Assembly: GCA_051746405.1 (NCBI GenBank)
Contig: JBNJFB010000009.1
Location: 1-58,332, forward strand
Length of the DNA: 58,332 bases
Reading direction: 5' to 3'
From: Campylobacterota bacterium
GTDB taxonomy: Bacteria; Campylobacterota; Campylobacteria; Campylobacterales; Arcobacteraceae
A model generated the notes under the pieces. The model was given only the letters and a program-made list of their open reading frames with translations. It was not told where the DNA came from and searched no databases. Below are positions 1 to 11,048 of this stretch, piece after piece. Made by a program: the position numbers and the translations under genes. How positions within the stretch are numbered: the stretch's first letter is position 1; each line of letters begins with the position of its first letter.

Positions 1-374
1 TTAATATCAGTGGAAAATGACCAAATTATTAGCATACCTATATAGAATAAAATAACATATATATACTTGTTTATATTGCTATAAGTAATGCTTCTATTTA
101 TACTAGGAACTATAAAAATATATAAAAATAGACTAAGTAGGGTAAGCGATAATGGCTTTAACCCTGAGTTTATTTCTATAAATGTAAAAGTTAAAACTAT
201 AAAAAAAAGTGAATATAGTCTTCTACTTTGCAAGCACTCATAAAATGCAATAAACAAAACTCCACACATTAAAATCAATAAAAAATAGATTGATGAAATA
301 ATATTAAGAGTTATTGCTAAAAGTAGCAATGTAAATAGAAAAATTGGATTTTCTAGGTTATTGTATTGTCTCAT
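1..374 (-). CDS. Multi-pass membrane protein, possibly divergent MreD-like; runs off the left edge
   Basis: Manually translated open frame from ATG at 374 (MRQYNNLENPIFLFTLLLLAITLNIISS...), strongly hydrophobic. Not in the ORF track because it is truncated. Confidence 0.6.
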   Translation of the reverse strand, partial: MRQYNNLENPIFLFTLLLLAITLNIISSIYFLLILMCGVLFIAFYECLQSRRLYSLFFIVLTFTFIEINSGLKPLSLTLLSLFLYIFIVPSINRSITYSNINKYIYVILFYIGMLIIWSFSTDI

Positions 375-432
375 AGATTGTAAAACTTTTTGTTTGTTTT
401 TAAATCTGATTATATAAAAATAGTACTTATAC

Positions 433-729
433 TTATATCAAAGTATTATCTTTCTTATTTGTCATTTCATATATAAATGAGAATATTTCAGCAACAGCTT
501 TATACATACTAGCAGGTATCTCTTTGTCAATTTCAAGTTGCGAAAGTAACTCTACTAAATCTTCATCTTTTTTTATTGGAATATTATTTTCTTTAGCAAT
601 TTTAATAATATTATTGGCTGTTTCATTTTTACCCTTGGCTGTTACTTTAGGAGCACTGTTTACTTCCATATCATATTTTAAAGCAGCAGCTTTTTGAGTA
701 AATTTTCCTTTTTTTATCTCTTCTGACAT
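433..729 (-). CDS. Standalone FlhB C-terminal-like (EscU/YscU/HrcU family, FlhX-type) protein
   Basis: AAALKYD...APKVTAKG...IPASMYKAVAEIF motifs; directly downstream of a fliK-like gene. Confidence 0.88.
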   Translation of the reverse strand: MSEEIKKGKFTQKAAALKYDMEVNSAPKVTAKGKNETANNIIKIAKENNIPIKKDEDLVELLSQLEIDKEIPASMYKAVAEIFSFIYEMTNKKDNTLI

Positions 730-730
730 T

Positions 731-2707
731 TTAAATCCTAATATTTAAACCTGTATTGATATCACTGTTTTCATAACTATTTGTATATATATTTCTTTTT
801 TCTTCTTTTATATCATCTTTTGGTTTTAAATCCATTAGTTTAATATTTACAGGTATTAACTCTACACTATTTAATGCTTGCTTTAACTTACTAATATTCT
901 CTTTGACTTTCAGTTTAAAGTGTTCTCTTTGTGCTTGAATTGTAATATCTATTTTATTATTGTCGTATAATCCTAGCATTAAATCAACTTTGCCATAATC
1001 TTTTAAGGTTAAATTTATTTGACAATAAAACTTATCTTCACTTGCTTTTTTCATACTTATGCTTCCATCTTCTAACATATCCCATAAAAAAGGTATATAA
1101 ACATAGTTTGAGTTTGAAGTTACTGATAATAGCTGATGATAATCAATTTGAGTTAGCATCTTATCCACTTGTTTTAAAAGCTCCTGTGATGATTTTGCCT
1201 CATTTTGTTTTGATGAAAGTTCATCTTGCATTTGTAAAAGTACAGTTTTGATATCATTTGATAAACTGTTGTTTAAGGGTTGTTCTTTAATACTTATTGG
1301 ATTTGGAAGTGTTTGAACTTTATCTATTAATGTTTGTATTTGGTTTTGAAGTTTTAAGTTATTAGCTGTATCATTTGGGTTATTTGAGTCTAAATTAAGC
1401 ATTGCATCTTTTAAATTTAATAAAAGATTAGAGATATTATTAGAAAAATTACTATTAAAATTAAGATTATTTGTTTGTAGGTTTTTTAAATCAATTGGAT
1501 TTTCTATTTTTGTAAATAGATTTTGAATATTTTCTAACTTTGATACTACTTTATCAATATTTGTTAAATCAATGCTTTTTATATTTTGAAGCTCTGTTTT
1601 TAAGCTTCCTAAGCTATCTTTTATATTTTGAAGTAAACTATTTTTTTCTTGATTATCAATTTTTGTAAAATTTAAAATTTTACTTTCCATTGTTGAGATA
1701 TTTTCACTTAAGTTTTTTAGATTTAGTATCAAATTAGAGATTTTTTCATTTGATTTGCTTAATTGCTCTATTTTAGGTTCAGTTATTAGACTATTTAATA
1801 AACTCTTTGGTTCTATTTTTGTATCTTTTGCAAAAAGGTCACCTTTGCTTAATAATGAATCAATCTGTGAAAGTAGCTGTTTTATACTGTTTTGATTACT
1901 ATTTTCTAAAAAGCTAGCCTTTACTTGTGATAACAGATCTTTTGTTTGAGTATTTATACTCTCTTTTTGTATTAAAGTTTGGTCTGATTGGCGGGTACTA
2001 TTTTGAATTTTTGATTCTAAAAACGAGGCATCATTAATCATTTGATTTAACTTATTTGTTAAGTTCAACAGATTAGTTATACTTGATTTATTAAGTGATT
2101 TAGTCAAGTTTTCAAGAAGTGGAACTATTGACTTTAAGTTTTCTAGTAGTTTTGAAGGTTCACTATTTGTTTGACTTAGACTTTTTTCTATAAGTGTATT
2201 TAATTGTTTTGAAACTGGAGTATTTAGGTTTTTTGTTACTTCTAGAATTTGATTTAATAGTTTTTCAATATTAGTACTTAATGGATTTTTTGTATTTGAT
2301 GGATTTAGTTTTGATTCTAAAAAAACTCCTGAGTTTAATAATTGTGACTTTAAAGTTTGTTCATCCATTTGTTTAATATTTTTTAAAAAGTTTTCAAGTA
2401 CTGGTATATGTTTTGCTAGGGGACTGTTTTTGTCAATTTGATTTAGTATAGTTGAAAGTGATTTTGAAACTGAACCTAAATCTTTAAAGATATTTGTATT
2501 TTTTAGTATATTTTCAATATTAGAGTCTGTTTTTGCACCAGTTTTTAAGTCATTAAATAAGTTTTTTAATATATCATTTATTGAGGTTGAGTTTTTTTTG
2601 ACCATATCTTGTAGGGTCTTTGCATCAGCATCTTTCAAAGCCTCTTTTAGTGTTTTATTATCATTTGGTAAAAGTATATTTAAAAGTGAATTATTTGAGA
2701 CAATCAT
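731..2707 (-). CDS. fliK: Flagellar hook-length control protein FliK-like
   Basis: Long N/L/K/S-rich region with C-terminal FliK-type domain (CQINLTLKDYGKVD...LKQALNSVEL). Start placed at ATG 2707; the ORF track starts at 2722. Confidence 0.7.
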   Translation of the reverse strand: MIVSNNSLLNILLPNDNKTLKEALKDADAKTLQDMVKKNSTSINDILKNLFNDLKTGAKTDSNIENILKNTNIFKDLGSVSKSLSTILNQIDKNSPLAKHIPVLENFLKNIKQMDEQTLKSQLLNSGVFLESKLNPSNTKNPLSTNIEKLLNQILEVTKNLNTPVSKQLNTLIEKSLSQTNSEPSKLLENLKSIVPLLENLTKSLNKSSITNLLNLTNKLNQMINDASFLESKIQNSTRQSDQTLIQKESINTQTKDLLSQVKASFLENSNQNSIKQLLSQIDSLLSKGDLFAKDTKIEPKSLLNSLITEPKIEQLSKSNEKISNLILNLKNLSENISTMESKILNFTKIDNQEKNSLLQNIKDSLGSLKTELQNIKSIDLTNIDKVVSKLENIQNLFTKIENPIDLKNLQTNNLNFNSNFSNNISNLLLNLKDAMLNLDSNNPNDTANNLKLQNQIQTLIDKVQTLPNPISIKEQPLNNSLSNDIKTVLLQMQDELSSKQNEAKSSQELLKQVDKMLTQIDYHQLLSVTSNSNYVYIPFLWDMLEDGSISMKKASEDKFYCQINLTLKDYGKVDLMLGLYDNNKIDITIQAQREHFKLKVKENISKLKQALNSVELIPVNIKLMDLKPKDDIKEEKRNIYTNSYENSDINTGLNIRI

Positions 2708-2809
2708 ATAAAAGTATAGCATATTTTATTTCAAAATGACATATTTTAACAATTGTAAAAAAAAATTGGATACAATTATATCTAATTATAGTCTTGGGGT
2801 TAATTTAAT

Positions 2810-3163
2810 ATGCACGATAAACAAAAAAGAATTAGATATATTAGAGTTTTAGAGAAGTTTTTTACAAGAACTGTTTCTTTGCTAAAGCTTGAGGATTTTG
2901 ATGTTGAGCTTTTTAAAAAAAGAACAATGAAGAATTATGAAGATTTAAAAAAAGTTGATTCAATGGATTTACACTCATCATATTTGATGAGTTTAACACA
3001 GTTTATAAACAAAACTTTGATGTATGTACAAACACATAGTGAGGATTTTGAATCTGAAAGATCAAATCTTTTAAAAGATGCAAATCTAATCCAAAAAGAG
3101 AAGAAAAAAAAGACATATAGAAAAGACAAACATAAAAAACAAACATTTAATGATGGTTATTAA
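2810..3163 (+). CDS. Hypothetical protein coupled to recD2
   Basis: 117 aa ORF whose stop overlaps the next ATG. Confidence 0.75.
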   Translation: MHDKQKRIRYIRVLEKFFTRTVSLLKLEDFDVELFKKRTMKNYEDLKKVDSMDLHSSYLMSLTQFINKTLMYVQTHSEDFESERSNLLKDANLIQKEKKKKTYRKDKHKKQTFNDGY

Positions 3164-5487
3164 TGGAAAATATGGAAGAGTATAAAAGTTTTAAGTTATC
3201 TGGCGTTTTAAAAAAAGTACTTTATAAAAATGAGCAAAACAACTATGTTATTGCTGTTTTAGAAAACAATCAAAAAATTTGCGGTGCATACTTTGATACA
3301 GACATAGAAAAAATAGTAGGTGAAGAGATAGTCCTTCAAGGAAATTGGACTACGCATAAAAAGTATGGTGTACAGTTTGAATTTGATACTTTAGAGCTAA
3401 AAGAAGCGGAGATATTTTTCTTTTTAACTAAAATTGTAAAAGGAATTGGAAATAAGTTTGCCCATGAACTTTTAGAGAAATATAGTGAAGATGAATTAAT
3501 TGATATTTTAAATGATAAGCCCGAAGAGCTACTTAAGTTTAAAGGTATTAAAGAGAAAAAACTAGAAAAGATAAAAACATCTTGGCAAAAATTTAAGCAT
3601 TTAAGGCAGTTGGGAACTTTTCTTGCAAAGTATGGAGTTACTTCAAACTTAATAACAAAAATCTATTCTGCTTTAGGTGAGGTTGATAATTTAATTGAAA
3701 AAATTAAAGAGAATCCTTATTTATTAGTAAATATAAGAGGTATTGGTTTTAAAAAAGCTGATGAAATTGGAAAGGCTTTAGGGATAGATCCTAAAAGTGA
3801 GTTTAGAATAATGGCTTGTTTGAATTATACCTTAAAAGAGTATTGTGATAATAATGGAAACTCATCTATAGATAAATTCCATTTATATAAGCTTTTGGAT
3901 GATTCCCTAAACTTTACAAATGAAGATATGCTTTATGAAGAAGCTTTATCTAAGATGCTTGTGGATGAAGATATCTTTGTGACTAAAGAGAATAGATATG
4001 CTCTATCAATGCTTTACAATGCAGAGAAAAATATTCTTGATTTTTTTCAAAGAAGAGAAGGTGAAAAAAATAAAAAGATAATTCATATGTTTGAGGATTA
4101 TTTAGAAAAAAAAGAGAAAACCTTAGGGTTTGAATTAAGTAAAGAGCAAAAAAGAGCAGTTGAACTTATAAATGAGGGTGAAAAGACACTTTTTTTGATT
4201 GGTTATGCAGGTACAGGTAAATCAACATCAAGTAGAGCTATTTTAGAACTTTTAGAAGAGGTTGTAACTTATGATGATATTATTACAGTTGCACTAAGTG
4301 GAATTGCTAGTCAAAGAATAGCAGATACAACAGGATATAATAGTTCAACAATTCAATCAATGCTTGTAAAGCATAAAGATAAAGATTTCTTTCCATATAA
4401 AGTTATGCTTTTAGATGAAGCATCTATGGTAAACTCTGTAACTTTCTATCAAATTATTTCTAAAATTTCTGATGATACTATTTTTATAATAGTTGGTGAT
4501 GATGGGCAGTTACCTGCAATTGGTGCTGGTAATATTTTAGCTGATGCTATTAAATATCATTTAGCTCCTGTTTGTAAGCTAACAAAAATTTATAGACAGA
4601 ATGAAAATCATGCTATTGCTGTAATTGCAAATGATATAAGAAAAGGTGAAGTTCCTAAATACAATGAAGAGTTTGAGGATTTTAAGTTTTACAATATATC
4701 CATTTCAAACTATTATGCTCAAAAAAACTCCATACCCCCAAATGAGTTTGCAAGCTTAAGAGTTGAAAATAGTGCAAATATTTTAAATAATATTTTAAAT
4801 ATTTCATCTTCTTATATTGAAACATATTATGATTTAATAAAGAAAAAGCAAATAGGTAAAGCTCTTACACTATTTCAGCTTATAACTCCAATGAAAAGTG
4901 GTATTTTAGGGGTTGAAAATATTAATATGCAACTTCAAAAACTCTTTAATCATACAAAAGGAAAAGTTTTTAAGACAAAACTTTATGAGTATAAGATAAC
5001 AGATAAAGTGATTCATGTAAAAAATGAAAACATGAAAGCTCAAACTATGGCTATGTATAAAAGTGGTTCAACTGACTTTTTAGAAAAAAGAGTTTTCAAC
5101 GGTCAGTTGGGTTTAATTATAAAAATGGATTTCGATGAAGAGAAGTGTATAGTACTCTATCCAAATGATGATATGGTAGTATTTTATGACTTTGATACCA
5201 TATCTTCTTTATTATCACTTGCTTATTGTTTAACTATTCATAAGACTCAAGGAATGGAGTATGATAGTGCCTTAATACCAATAAGTTTTTCTCACTATAT
5301 TATGCATAATACTAAACTTTTATATACAGCAATAACAAGAGCTAAGAAGATGTGTTTTATTGTGGGTGAGGAAGAGGCTTTTAAAAGTGCTTGTAAAAAA
5401 CTTGAGATTACTATTAGAGAGTCTGTAATAAATGACCTGATGAGTAAAAAAGATATAGTAAAAAATGAAATTTTACCCCAATTGTAA
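3163..5487 (+). CDS. recD2: ATP-dependent RecD2-like SF1B DNA helicase
   Basis: N-terminal HKKYGVQF, HhH repeats (KGIG, RGIGFKKAD), Walker A GYAGTGKS, DEASM, AYCLTIHKTQGMEY, LYTAITRAK. Confidence 0.93.
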   Translation: MENMEEYKSFKLSGVLKKVLYKNEQNNYVIAVLENNQKICGAYFDTDIEKIVGEEIVLQGNWTTHKKYGVQFEFDTLELKEAEIFFFLTKIVKGIGNKFAHELLEKYSEDELIDILNDKPEELLKFKGIKEKKLEKIKTSWQKFKHLRQLGTFLAKYGVTSNLITKIYSALGEVDNLIEKIKENPYLLVNIRGIGFKKADEIGKALGIDPKSEFRIMACLNYTLKEYCDNNGNSSIDKFHLYKLLDDSLNFTNEDMLYEEALSKMLVDEDIFVTKENRYALSMLYNAEKNILDFFQRREGEKNKKIIHMFEDYLEKKEKTLGFELSKEQKRAVELINEGEKTLFLIGYAGTGKSTSSRAILELLEEVVTYDDIITVALSGIASQRIADTTGYNSSTIQSMLVKHKDKDFFPYKVMLLDEASMVNSVTFYQIISKISDDTIFIIVGDDGQLPAIGAGNILADAIKYHLAPVCKLTKIYRQNENHAIAVIANDIRKGEVPKYNEEFEDFKFYNISISNYYAQKNSIPPNEFASLRVENSANILNNILNISSSYIETYYDLIKKKQIGKALTLFQLITPMKSGILGVENINMQLQKLFNHTKGKVFKTKLYEYKITDKVIHVKNENMKAQTMAMYKSGSTDFLEKRVFNGQLGLIIKMDFDEEKCIVLYPNDDMVVFYDFDTISSLLSLAYCLTIHKTQGMEYDSALIPISFSHYIMHNTKLLYTAITRAKKMCFIVGEEEAFKSACKKLEITIRESVINDLMSKKDIVKNEILPQL

Positions 5488-5572
5488 CTTTTTTTATTGA
5501 AAAATATATTTTAACTGACTTAAAAGAAAATTTACAGTATTATATCTTAAATTTTTTTGAGGATTAAGTTTT

Positions 5573-7039
5573 ATGATAGGTTGGATGCAAAAACATAAAA
5601 AGTGGCTTGTTATTACTATTTGGATTAGTACAATTGCGTTTGTTGGTGCTGGTTTTGTTGGCTGGGGTTCATATGAGTATGGTAAGCAAGGTGGAGTAGT
5701 AGCTGTAGTAGGAGATAGAGAAGTATCAGTTGAAGAGTATCAACAAGAGTATTCTAGCCTATATAGTCAATATCAAAGGCTATTTGGTAGCAATTTTAAT
5801 AAACAAATGGCTGAACAGTTAAATTTAAAAGATGTAGCATATAAGCAGGTTTTAGAAAAAAATCTAATTTTATCTTATGGAGATTCATTGGGTTTAAGTG
5901 TTACAAATGAAGATGTTGCAAAAGAGTTGGTAAAATATGATGCATTTTTAAAAAATGGAAAGTTTGATAAAGATACTTATATAAAAGTTTTAAATCAAAA
6001 TCAAACAACTCCATCAAAGTTTGAATCATCAATAAAAAGAGATATACTACTAAAAAAAGTTCAAAAACTTTTTGAAGTTTCTGCAAATGAAACAGAAGTT
6101 AAAAATCTAAATCAACTTCTTTTCTTAAAAGATGATATATCTATGAAGGTTTTAAGTTTATCAGATGTTACTGTTTCTCCTAAGCAAGAAGATATAAAGA
6201 AGTATTGGGAAGAGAATAAAAACTCATATATGTCAGATGTAAAATATATTGTAAAAACAAAAAAGCTTGAACTAAAACCTTCAAACCCATCACAACAAGA
6301 GATTGAAGAGCACTATAATATGTTTAAACTTGATTATAGAAAAGATGATGGTAAAGTAAAAACTCTACAAGAAGCTAGAGAAGATATAATAAAAGAGCTA
6401 GATAAAAAAGTTACTAAAAAAGATGCCCTAAAGGCTTATATCAAAGTTAAAAAAGGTGACATAAAGCTTGAAAATGAAAATATATACACTGCTGAAAATC
6501 TACCATTTTCAGCAGAAAATAAAGAAATTATAACATCAGCAGAAATTGGTTCAGTTAATAAACCATTTTTTGAAAATGACTCATTTGTAATAACAAATGT
6601 AGTTCAAAAGGTAGATTCAAGACCATTAGCTTTTGAAGATGCAAAGCAAATGGCAAGAGAAGACTATCTGTTTCAAGAAAGAAAAAATAGATTAGAAGAA
6701 AAAGCAATAGAAGATTTATCTACTTTTAATGGTGTAAATGTTAAAGGTATAACAAGAGAATCAATTGACAAAATTACACTTCTAAAACCACAAGAAGCAG
6801 CAAAATTTTTAGATGAGCTTTTCTCTTCAACAAGTAAAGAGGGATATATCAATTTAGGCGATAAATTAGTATTGTATAGAATAAATGATTCAAAACTTGC
6901 TTCATATGATGAATCAAGAAATGAATCAGTTAAAAGTACTTTAAAGCAATTAAAACAACAAGAGCTTATGACTAATTTGATTGAAAACCTTGAAAATACT
7001 TATGACATTCAATCTTCAATAGAAGCAAAGGAAAAGTAA
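5573..7039 (+). CDS. ppiD: PpiD-like membrane-anchored periplasmic chaperone (SurA N-terminal domain)
   Basis: N-terminal anchor WISTIAFVGAGFVGWG; the usual Campylobacterota position upstream of ftsA. Confidence 0.85.
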   Translation: MIGWMQKHKKWLVITIWISTIAFVGAGFVGWGSYEYGKQGGVVAVVGDREVSVEEYQQEYSSLYSQYQRLFGSNFNKQMAEQLNLKDVAYKQVLEKNLILSYGDSLGLSVTNEDVAKELVKYDAFLKNGKFDKDTYIKVLNQNQTTPSKFESSIKRDILLKKVQKLFEVSANETEVKNLNQLLFLKDDISMKVLSLSDVTVSPKQEDIKKYWEENKNSYMSDVKYIVKTKKLELKPSNPSQQEIEEHYNMFKLDYRKDDGKVKTLQEAREDIIKELDKKVTKKDALKAYIKVKKGDIKLENENIYTAENLPFSAENKEIITSAEIGSVNKPFFENDSFVITNVVQKVDSRPLAFEDAKQMAREDYLFQERKNRLEEKAIEDLSTFNGVNVKGITRESIDKITLLKPQEAAKFLDELFSSTSKEGYINLGDKLVLYRINDSKLASYDESRNESVKSTLKQLKQQELMTNLIENLENTYDIQSSIEAKEK

Positions 7040-7040
7040 A

Positions 7041-8438
7041 TTGAGTAATACAACCTTAGCAATAGATATAGGTTCTTCTAATATAACAGCTATAATTGCA
7101 AAGCATGACTTAGAGTTTAATGTAAATATTTTAGGTGCAGGTACTCAAAGTAGCGAAGGTGTTAATAAAGGTTTAATAGTAAATATTGAAGAAGCATCTA
7201 AGGCAATTAAAAGTGCTGTTACATTAGCTAAGAAAAGTACAACTGAAACTATTGAAAACTCAGTAGTTTCTATCTCAGGAAGTTACACAAAAAGTATAAG
7301 AAGTTCGGGGTCTGTAAATGTACCAAATGGACTTATAACTGAAACTGAAATAAATCAAGTAATGCAAATGGCACTATATAATGCCACAATAGTGCCAGAG
7401 TATGAAGTAGTTCATGTAATACCTATTTTTTTTAAAGTTGATGATTCTGTTGATGTTGATAATCCTCTTAATATGAATGGCTCAAGACTTGAAGTATCTG
7501 TATTCATTATAACTGCAAAAAGAACTGCACTTACAAATATAAAATCAGCATTAAAAGCCTCAGGTATAGATATATCAACTTTTGTATTAAATGGTTATGC
7601 ATCTGCTTTATCAGTACTTGATAATCAACAAAAAAGATTTGGTACAACAGTTATTAATATGGGTGCAACTACTACTGAATTTGTTTGTTACAAAGGTAAC
7701 TCATTGGTATATAATGGTTTTATACCAGTTGGTTCTAATCATATTACAAATGATTTATCAGTTATGTTACATACTCCTCCAGTTGCAGCTGAAAAGATAA
7801 AGATTGAGTATGGTTCACTTACAAAAGACTATACTCCAAATAATGAGCTAGGAGTTACTAAGGTTAGAATACCAAGAATAGGTGATGAAGAAACTAACTC
7901 TGAAGTTGCACTTGATTATATACAAACAATAATGCATGCTAGAGTTGAAGAAGTTCTAGTATTAGTAAAAAACCAGCTTAAAAAAAGTGGTATTTTAGAT
8001 AATGTTGGTTCAGGAGTTGTTATAACAGGTGGAATGTCAGACTTAGAAGGGATTAAACCATTAGCTGAGAAAGTATTTGAGGGTATTCCTATCTCTATTT
8101 CAAATCCAAGAATAATAAAAAATGGACTTATAAGTTTTGATGACCCAGGGATGTCAACAGTTGTTGGCTTACTTGAGTATGTTTTAGGTAAAACAAGAAG
8201 TTATGAGTTAGATTCAAGTAAGCAACTCATAAAGCCATTAAACAAAGAAAACAGAATTGAAAATAAAACAGTAAATAACACAGCAGGTAGACAAAGGGAA
8301 AATGACTCTTCTTTAAATGAACCAAAACGGGAATCATTAGAGGAGATAAGGGATTCTGCAGATGTATTAACACCACTTAAAAAAGATAAGAAAAAGGGTG
8401 TTTCAAGATTCTGGAGTAAAATTTCGGAGTGGTTTTAA
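7041..8438 (+). CDS. ftsA: Cell division protein FtsA
   Basis: IDIGSS, GSNHITNDLS, AEKIKIEYG, VITGGMS actin-fold motifs; precedes ftsZ. Confidence 0.97.
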   Translation: MSNTTLAIDIGSSNITAIIAKHDLEFNVNILGAGTQSSEGVNKGLIVNIEEASKAIKSAVTLAKKSTTETIENSVVSISGSYTKSIRSSGSVNVPNGLITETEINQVMQMALYNATIVPEYEVVHVIPIFFKVDDSVDVDNPLNMNGSRLEVSVFIITAKRTALTNIKSALKASGIDISTFVLNGYASALSVLDNQQKRFGTTVINMGATTTEFVCYKGNSLVYNGFIPVGSNHITNDLSVMLHTPPVAAEKIKIEYGSLTKDYTPNNELGVTKVRIPRIGDEETNSEVALDYIQTIMHARVEEVLVLVKNQLKKSGILDNVGSGVVITGGMSDLEGIKPLAEKVFEGIPISISNPRIIKNGLISFDDPGMSTVVGLLEYVLGKTRSYELDSSKQLIKPLNKENRIENKTVNNTAGRQRENDSSLNEPKRESLEEIRDSADVLTPLKKDKKKGVSRFWSKISEWF

Positions 8439-9574
8439 TGGATAATTTATTTAAGGTGGACGATATTAAAGAAGAAATGCCAAATAAAGTATTGTCAGAT
8501 AATGTGGCAAAAATTTCAGTTATTGGAATAGGTGGTGGTGGTTGTAATATGATCGACCACATGATAAAAGAGGGTTCAAGAAAAGTAGATTTAATAGCTG
8601 CAAATACTGACCTTCAAGTATTACAAATATCACAAGCACCTAAAAAGATTCAATTAGGTGTTAAGCTTACAAAAGGTCTTGGAGCAGGAATGAAGCCAGA
8701 GATTGGTCGAGATTCTGCTGTGGAGAGCTATGAAGAGGTAAAATCAGCCCTTAAGGGTGCAGATATTGTATTTATAGCTGCAGGTCTTGGTGGTGGTACA
8801 GGAACAGGTGCTGCTGCTATTGTAGCAAAAGCTGCTAAAGAGGTTGGAGCTTTAACTGTTTCTGTGATAACAAAACCTTTTACCTGGGAAGGTAAAAAAA
8901 GAGCTGGACTTGCTAGCTTGGGACTTGAAGAGTTAAAAAAAGTAAGTGACTCTATCATAGTTGTACCAAATGATAGGCTTCTTGAGATTATTGATGAAAA
9001 TGTAGGTATGAAAGATGCCTTTAAAATTATCGATAATATTCTTTATCAAGCTGTAAATGGTATGTCTGAGGTTATTTTAAATCCAGGTAGTTCTGATATT
9101 AATACTGACTTTGCAGATGTGAAAACTATTATGCAACACAGAGGTATGGCATTAATGGGTATTGGAAAAGCAAAAGGTGATGAAGCTGCCCAAAAGGCAC
9201 TAGAAGATGCTATTGAGTCGCCACTGCTTGATAAAATGTCTTTAAATGGAGCAAAAGGTATTTTGATTCATTTTAATATTCATCCACAAGTATCACTATT
9301 AGCAATAAATAGTGTAATGGGTGGAATTCATGAAAGAGTTGATGCAAATGTTGAAATAATATTTGGTACAACTTCTGATAGAACTTTAGAAAAAGATGAA
9401 GTGAAAATCACAATTGTGGCAACAGGTTTTGAATCTAAAGATGATGAAGATGAAAAAAACTCTGATGAAAATGGAGTTGATGATGAGGGTAAAAAGAGAT
9501 TATCCGCAAATGATGATAACTATTTAGATATCCCTCCACTTATGAGAGATTATGTAGTAAAATATCAATTTTAA
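8438..9574 (+). CDS. ftsZ: Cell division protein FtsZ
   Basis: GIGGGGCN, GLGGGTGTG tubulin signature, C-terminal LDIP core; ATG overlaps the ftsA stop. Confidence 0.98.
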   Translation: MDNLFKVDDIKEEMPNKVLSDNVAKISVIGIGGGGCNMIDHMIKEGSRKVDLIAANTDLQVLQISQAPKKIQLGVKLTKGLGAGMKPEIGRDSAVESYEEVKSALKGADIVFIAAGLGGGTGTGAAAIVAKAAKEVGALTVSVITKPFTWEGKKRAGLASLGLEELKKVSDSIIVVPNDRLLEIIDENVGMKDAFKIIDNILYQAVNGMSEVILNPGSSDINTDFADVKTIMQHRGMALMGIGKAKGDEAAQKALEDAIESPLLDKMSLNGAKGILIHFNIHPQVSLLAINSVMGGIHERVDANVEIIFGTTSDRTLEKDEVKITIVATGFESKDDEDEKNSDENGVDDEGKKRLSANDDNYLDIPPLMRDYVVKYQF

Positions 9575-9598
9575 AAGAGGAGATTAATCCTCTTTTTT
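9573..9598. terminator. Hairpin terminator between convergent ftsZ and hspR
   Basis: AAAAGAGGA-gattaa-TCCTCTTTT stem with T-run. Confidence 0.65.
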
Positions 9599-9973
9599 CT
9601 CTACAATAACAATATCAAAAGTTGTGTTTTTTACAACTAGAGCTTTTGTATCTGGAACTACTGAAATATTATTAATATTTTTTATTTTAGTCTTATAGGT
9701 TTTAACCTCTTGTTCTAATTTCTCTATTTTCTTATTAAGTTGCAAAATAATATCAACACCTGCTAAATTTACTCCTAATTGTCTTGTTAGTGTTAGTATG
9801 TATCTAATATGATCAATATCTTTTTGAGAATAGAGTCTTATTTTTCCATTTGTTCTTGATGGGGTAATTATTCCCTCTCTTTCATACTGTCTTAATGTTT
9901 GAGGGTGTATATTTAAAATCTCAGCTACTGCTGAGATTAAATAAACAGGTTCAATATAGCTTTTTGTTTCCAT
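9584..9973 (-). CDS. hspR: Heat-shock repressor HspR (MerR family)
   Basis: EPVYLISAVAEILNIHPQTLRQYEREG...LGVNLAGVDIIL; downstream of cbpA. Confidence 0.95.
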   Translation of the reverse strand: METKSYIEPVYLISAVAEILNIHPQTLRQYEREGIITPSRTNGKIRLYSQKDIDHIRYILTLTRQLGVNLAGVDIILQLNKKIEKLEQEVKTYKTKIKNINNISVVPDTKALVVKNTTFDIVIVEKKED

Positions 9974-9988
9974 AACTTTTCTCCTAAT

Positions 9989-10855
9989 CTATTCAGGAAG
10001 TTTGTCTTTCAACATCTCCACTAAATCATCATCTAAATCATCAACTTTTGGTAAAATAATATTTGCTTTTAGATGTAAATCGCCTCTTACTTTAGTTTTG
10101 TTATTTAAAGCTCCTAGTTCTTTAACTCTAAATTTTTGATACTGTTTTGTATTTTGAGGAACTTTTAATGTAATATCCTTATGAATTGTACTAATTTGTA
10201 TTTTGCCACCAAATAAAGCACTTTTAAGAGGTAAATCAAATATTTTAATTAAAGTATCATCATCTCTTTCATACTCATTAGATGGAGCTACATTTATTTT
10301 AAGAATCAAATCGCCTCTTTGGTTATTGTATGATTTTCCTTTGCCCTTTGCTCTTATTTTTTGACCATCTTTAATCCCCTCAGGTATTTTAATATCAAAT
10401 GATTCGCTATTTAAAGAGATATGTTGCTTACCACCTAATATAGCAACATTAAAAGGTATAGTTATTTGTGCATTTGTATCTAAATCAGGCTCTTCAAACC
10501 CTCCAAAACCTCCAAATCCACCTTGTGAAAAACCACCTGAACCAAATCCAGCACCAGCCCCAAACATCTGTCTTAAAATCTCATCTAAGTCAACATTTGA
10601 GCCTTGATTTTGTGCAAAGTCGTGAAAGTTTTGACCTCCAAACATAGAATCACCATATTGATCGTACTGTTGTTTCTTCTCAGGGTCACTTAAAACCTCA
10701 TAAGCTGCATTAATCTCTTTAAATTTTTCTTCAGCTTGTGGGTCTTTATTCACATCTGGGTGATACTTTCTTGCTAATTTTCTGTAAGCTTTTTTTATCT
10801 CTGCAACAGATGCATTTTCATTTACTTCTAGTGTCTCATATAAACTTTTTGCCAT
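9989..10855 (-). CDS. cbpA: DnaJ-class co-chaperone CbpA
   Basis: J-domain with HPD motif, G/F-rich linker, DnaJ C-terminal domain, no zinc finger. Confidence 0.93.
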   Translation of the reverse strand: MAKSLYETLEVNENASVAEIKKAYRKLARKYHPDVNKDPQAEEKFKEINAAYEVLSDPEKKQQYDQYGDSMFGGQNFHDFAQNQGSNVDLDEILRQMFGAGAGFGSGGFSQGGFGGFGGFEEPDLDTNAQITIPFNVAILGGKQHISLNSESFDIKIPEGIKDGQKIRAKGKGKSYNNQRGDLILKINVAPSNEYERDDDTLIKIFDLPLKSALFGGKIQISTIHKDITLKVPQNTKQYQKFRVKELGALNNKTKVRGDLHLKANIILPKVDDLDDDLVEMLKDKLPE

Positions 10856-10907
10856 ATTCACTTCCTATATAATTGTTAAGATTTATAAAGCATAATTATA
10901 ACATAAA

Positions 10908-10928
10908 CTTGAGTCTAAGTCAATCAAC
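10908..10928. promoter_or_regulatory. HAIR-like HspR operator
   Basis: CTTGAGT-N7-AATCAAC versus HAIR consensus CTTGAGT-N7-ACTCAAG, upstream of cbpA-hspR. Confidence 0.75.
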
Positions 10929-10972
10929 CTTTTGTTGTTAGTTGGCACTATTAACCTAAATTATGATAATAT

Positions 10973-10993
10973 ATTGAGTCTATTTAACTTAGA
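10973..10993. promoter_or_regulatory. Second, weaker HAIR-like site
   Basis: ATTGAGT-N7-ACTTAGA. Confidence 0.45.
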
Positions 10994-11048
10994 GTATAAA
11001 TTTAAAAGTAGAGGTAATTTTATTAAAAATAGGTTTAAAAATAAAGAT

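Noticed and set aside
10932..11048. N-terminal extension of the FAD oxidoreductase in the ORF track
   Set aside because: It covers promoter/operator DNA; the Rossmann motif begins right after ATG 11049
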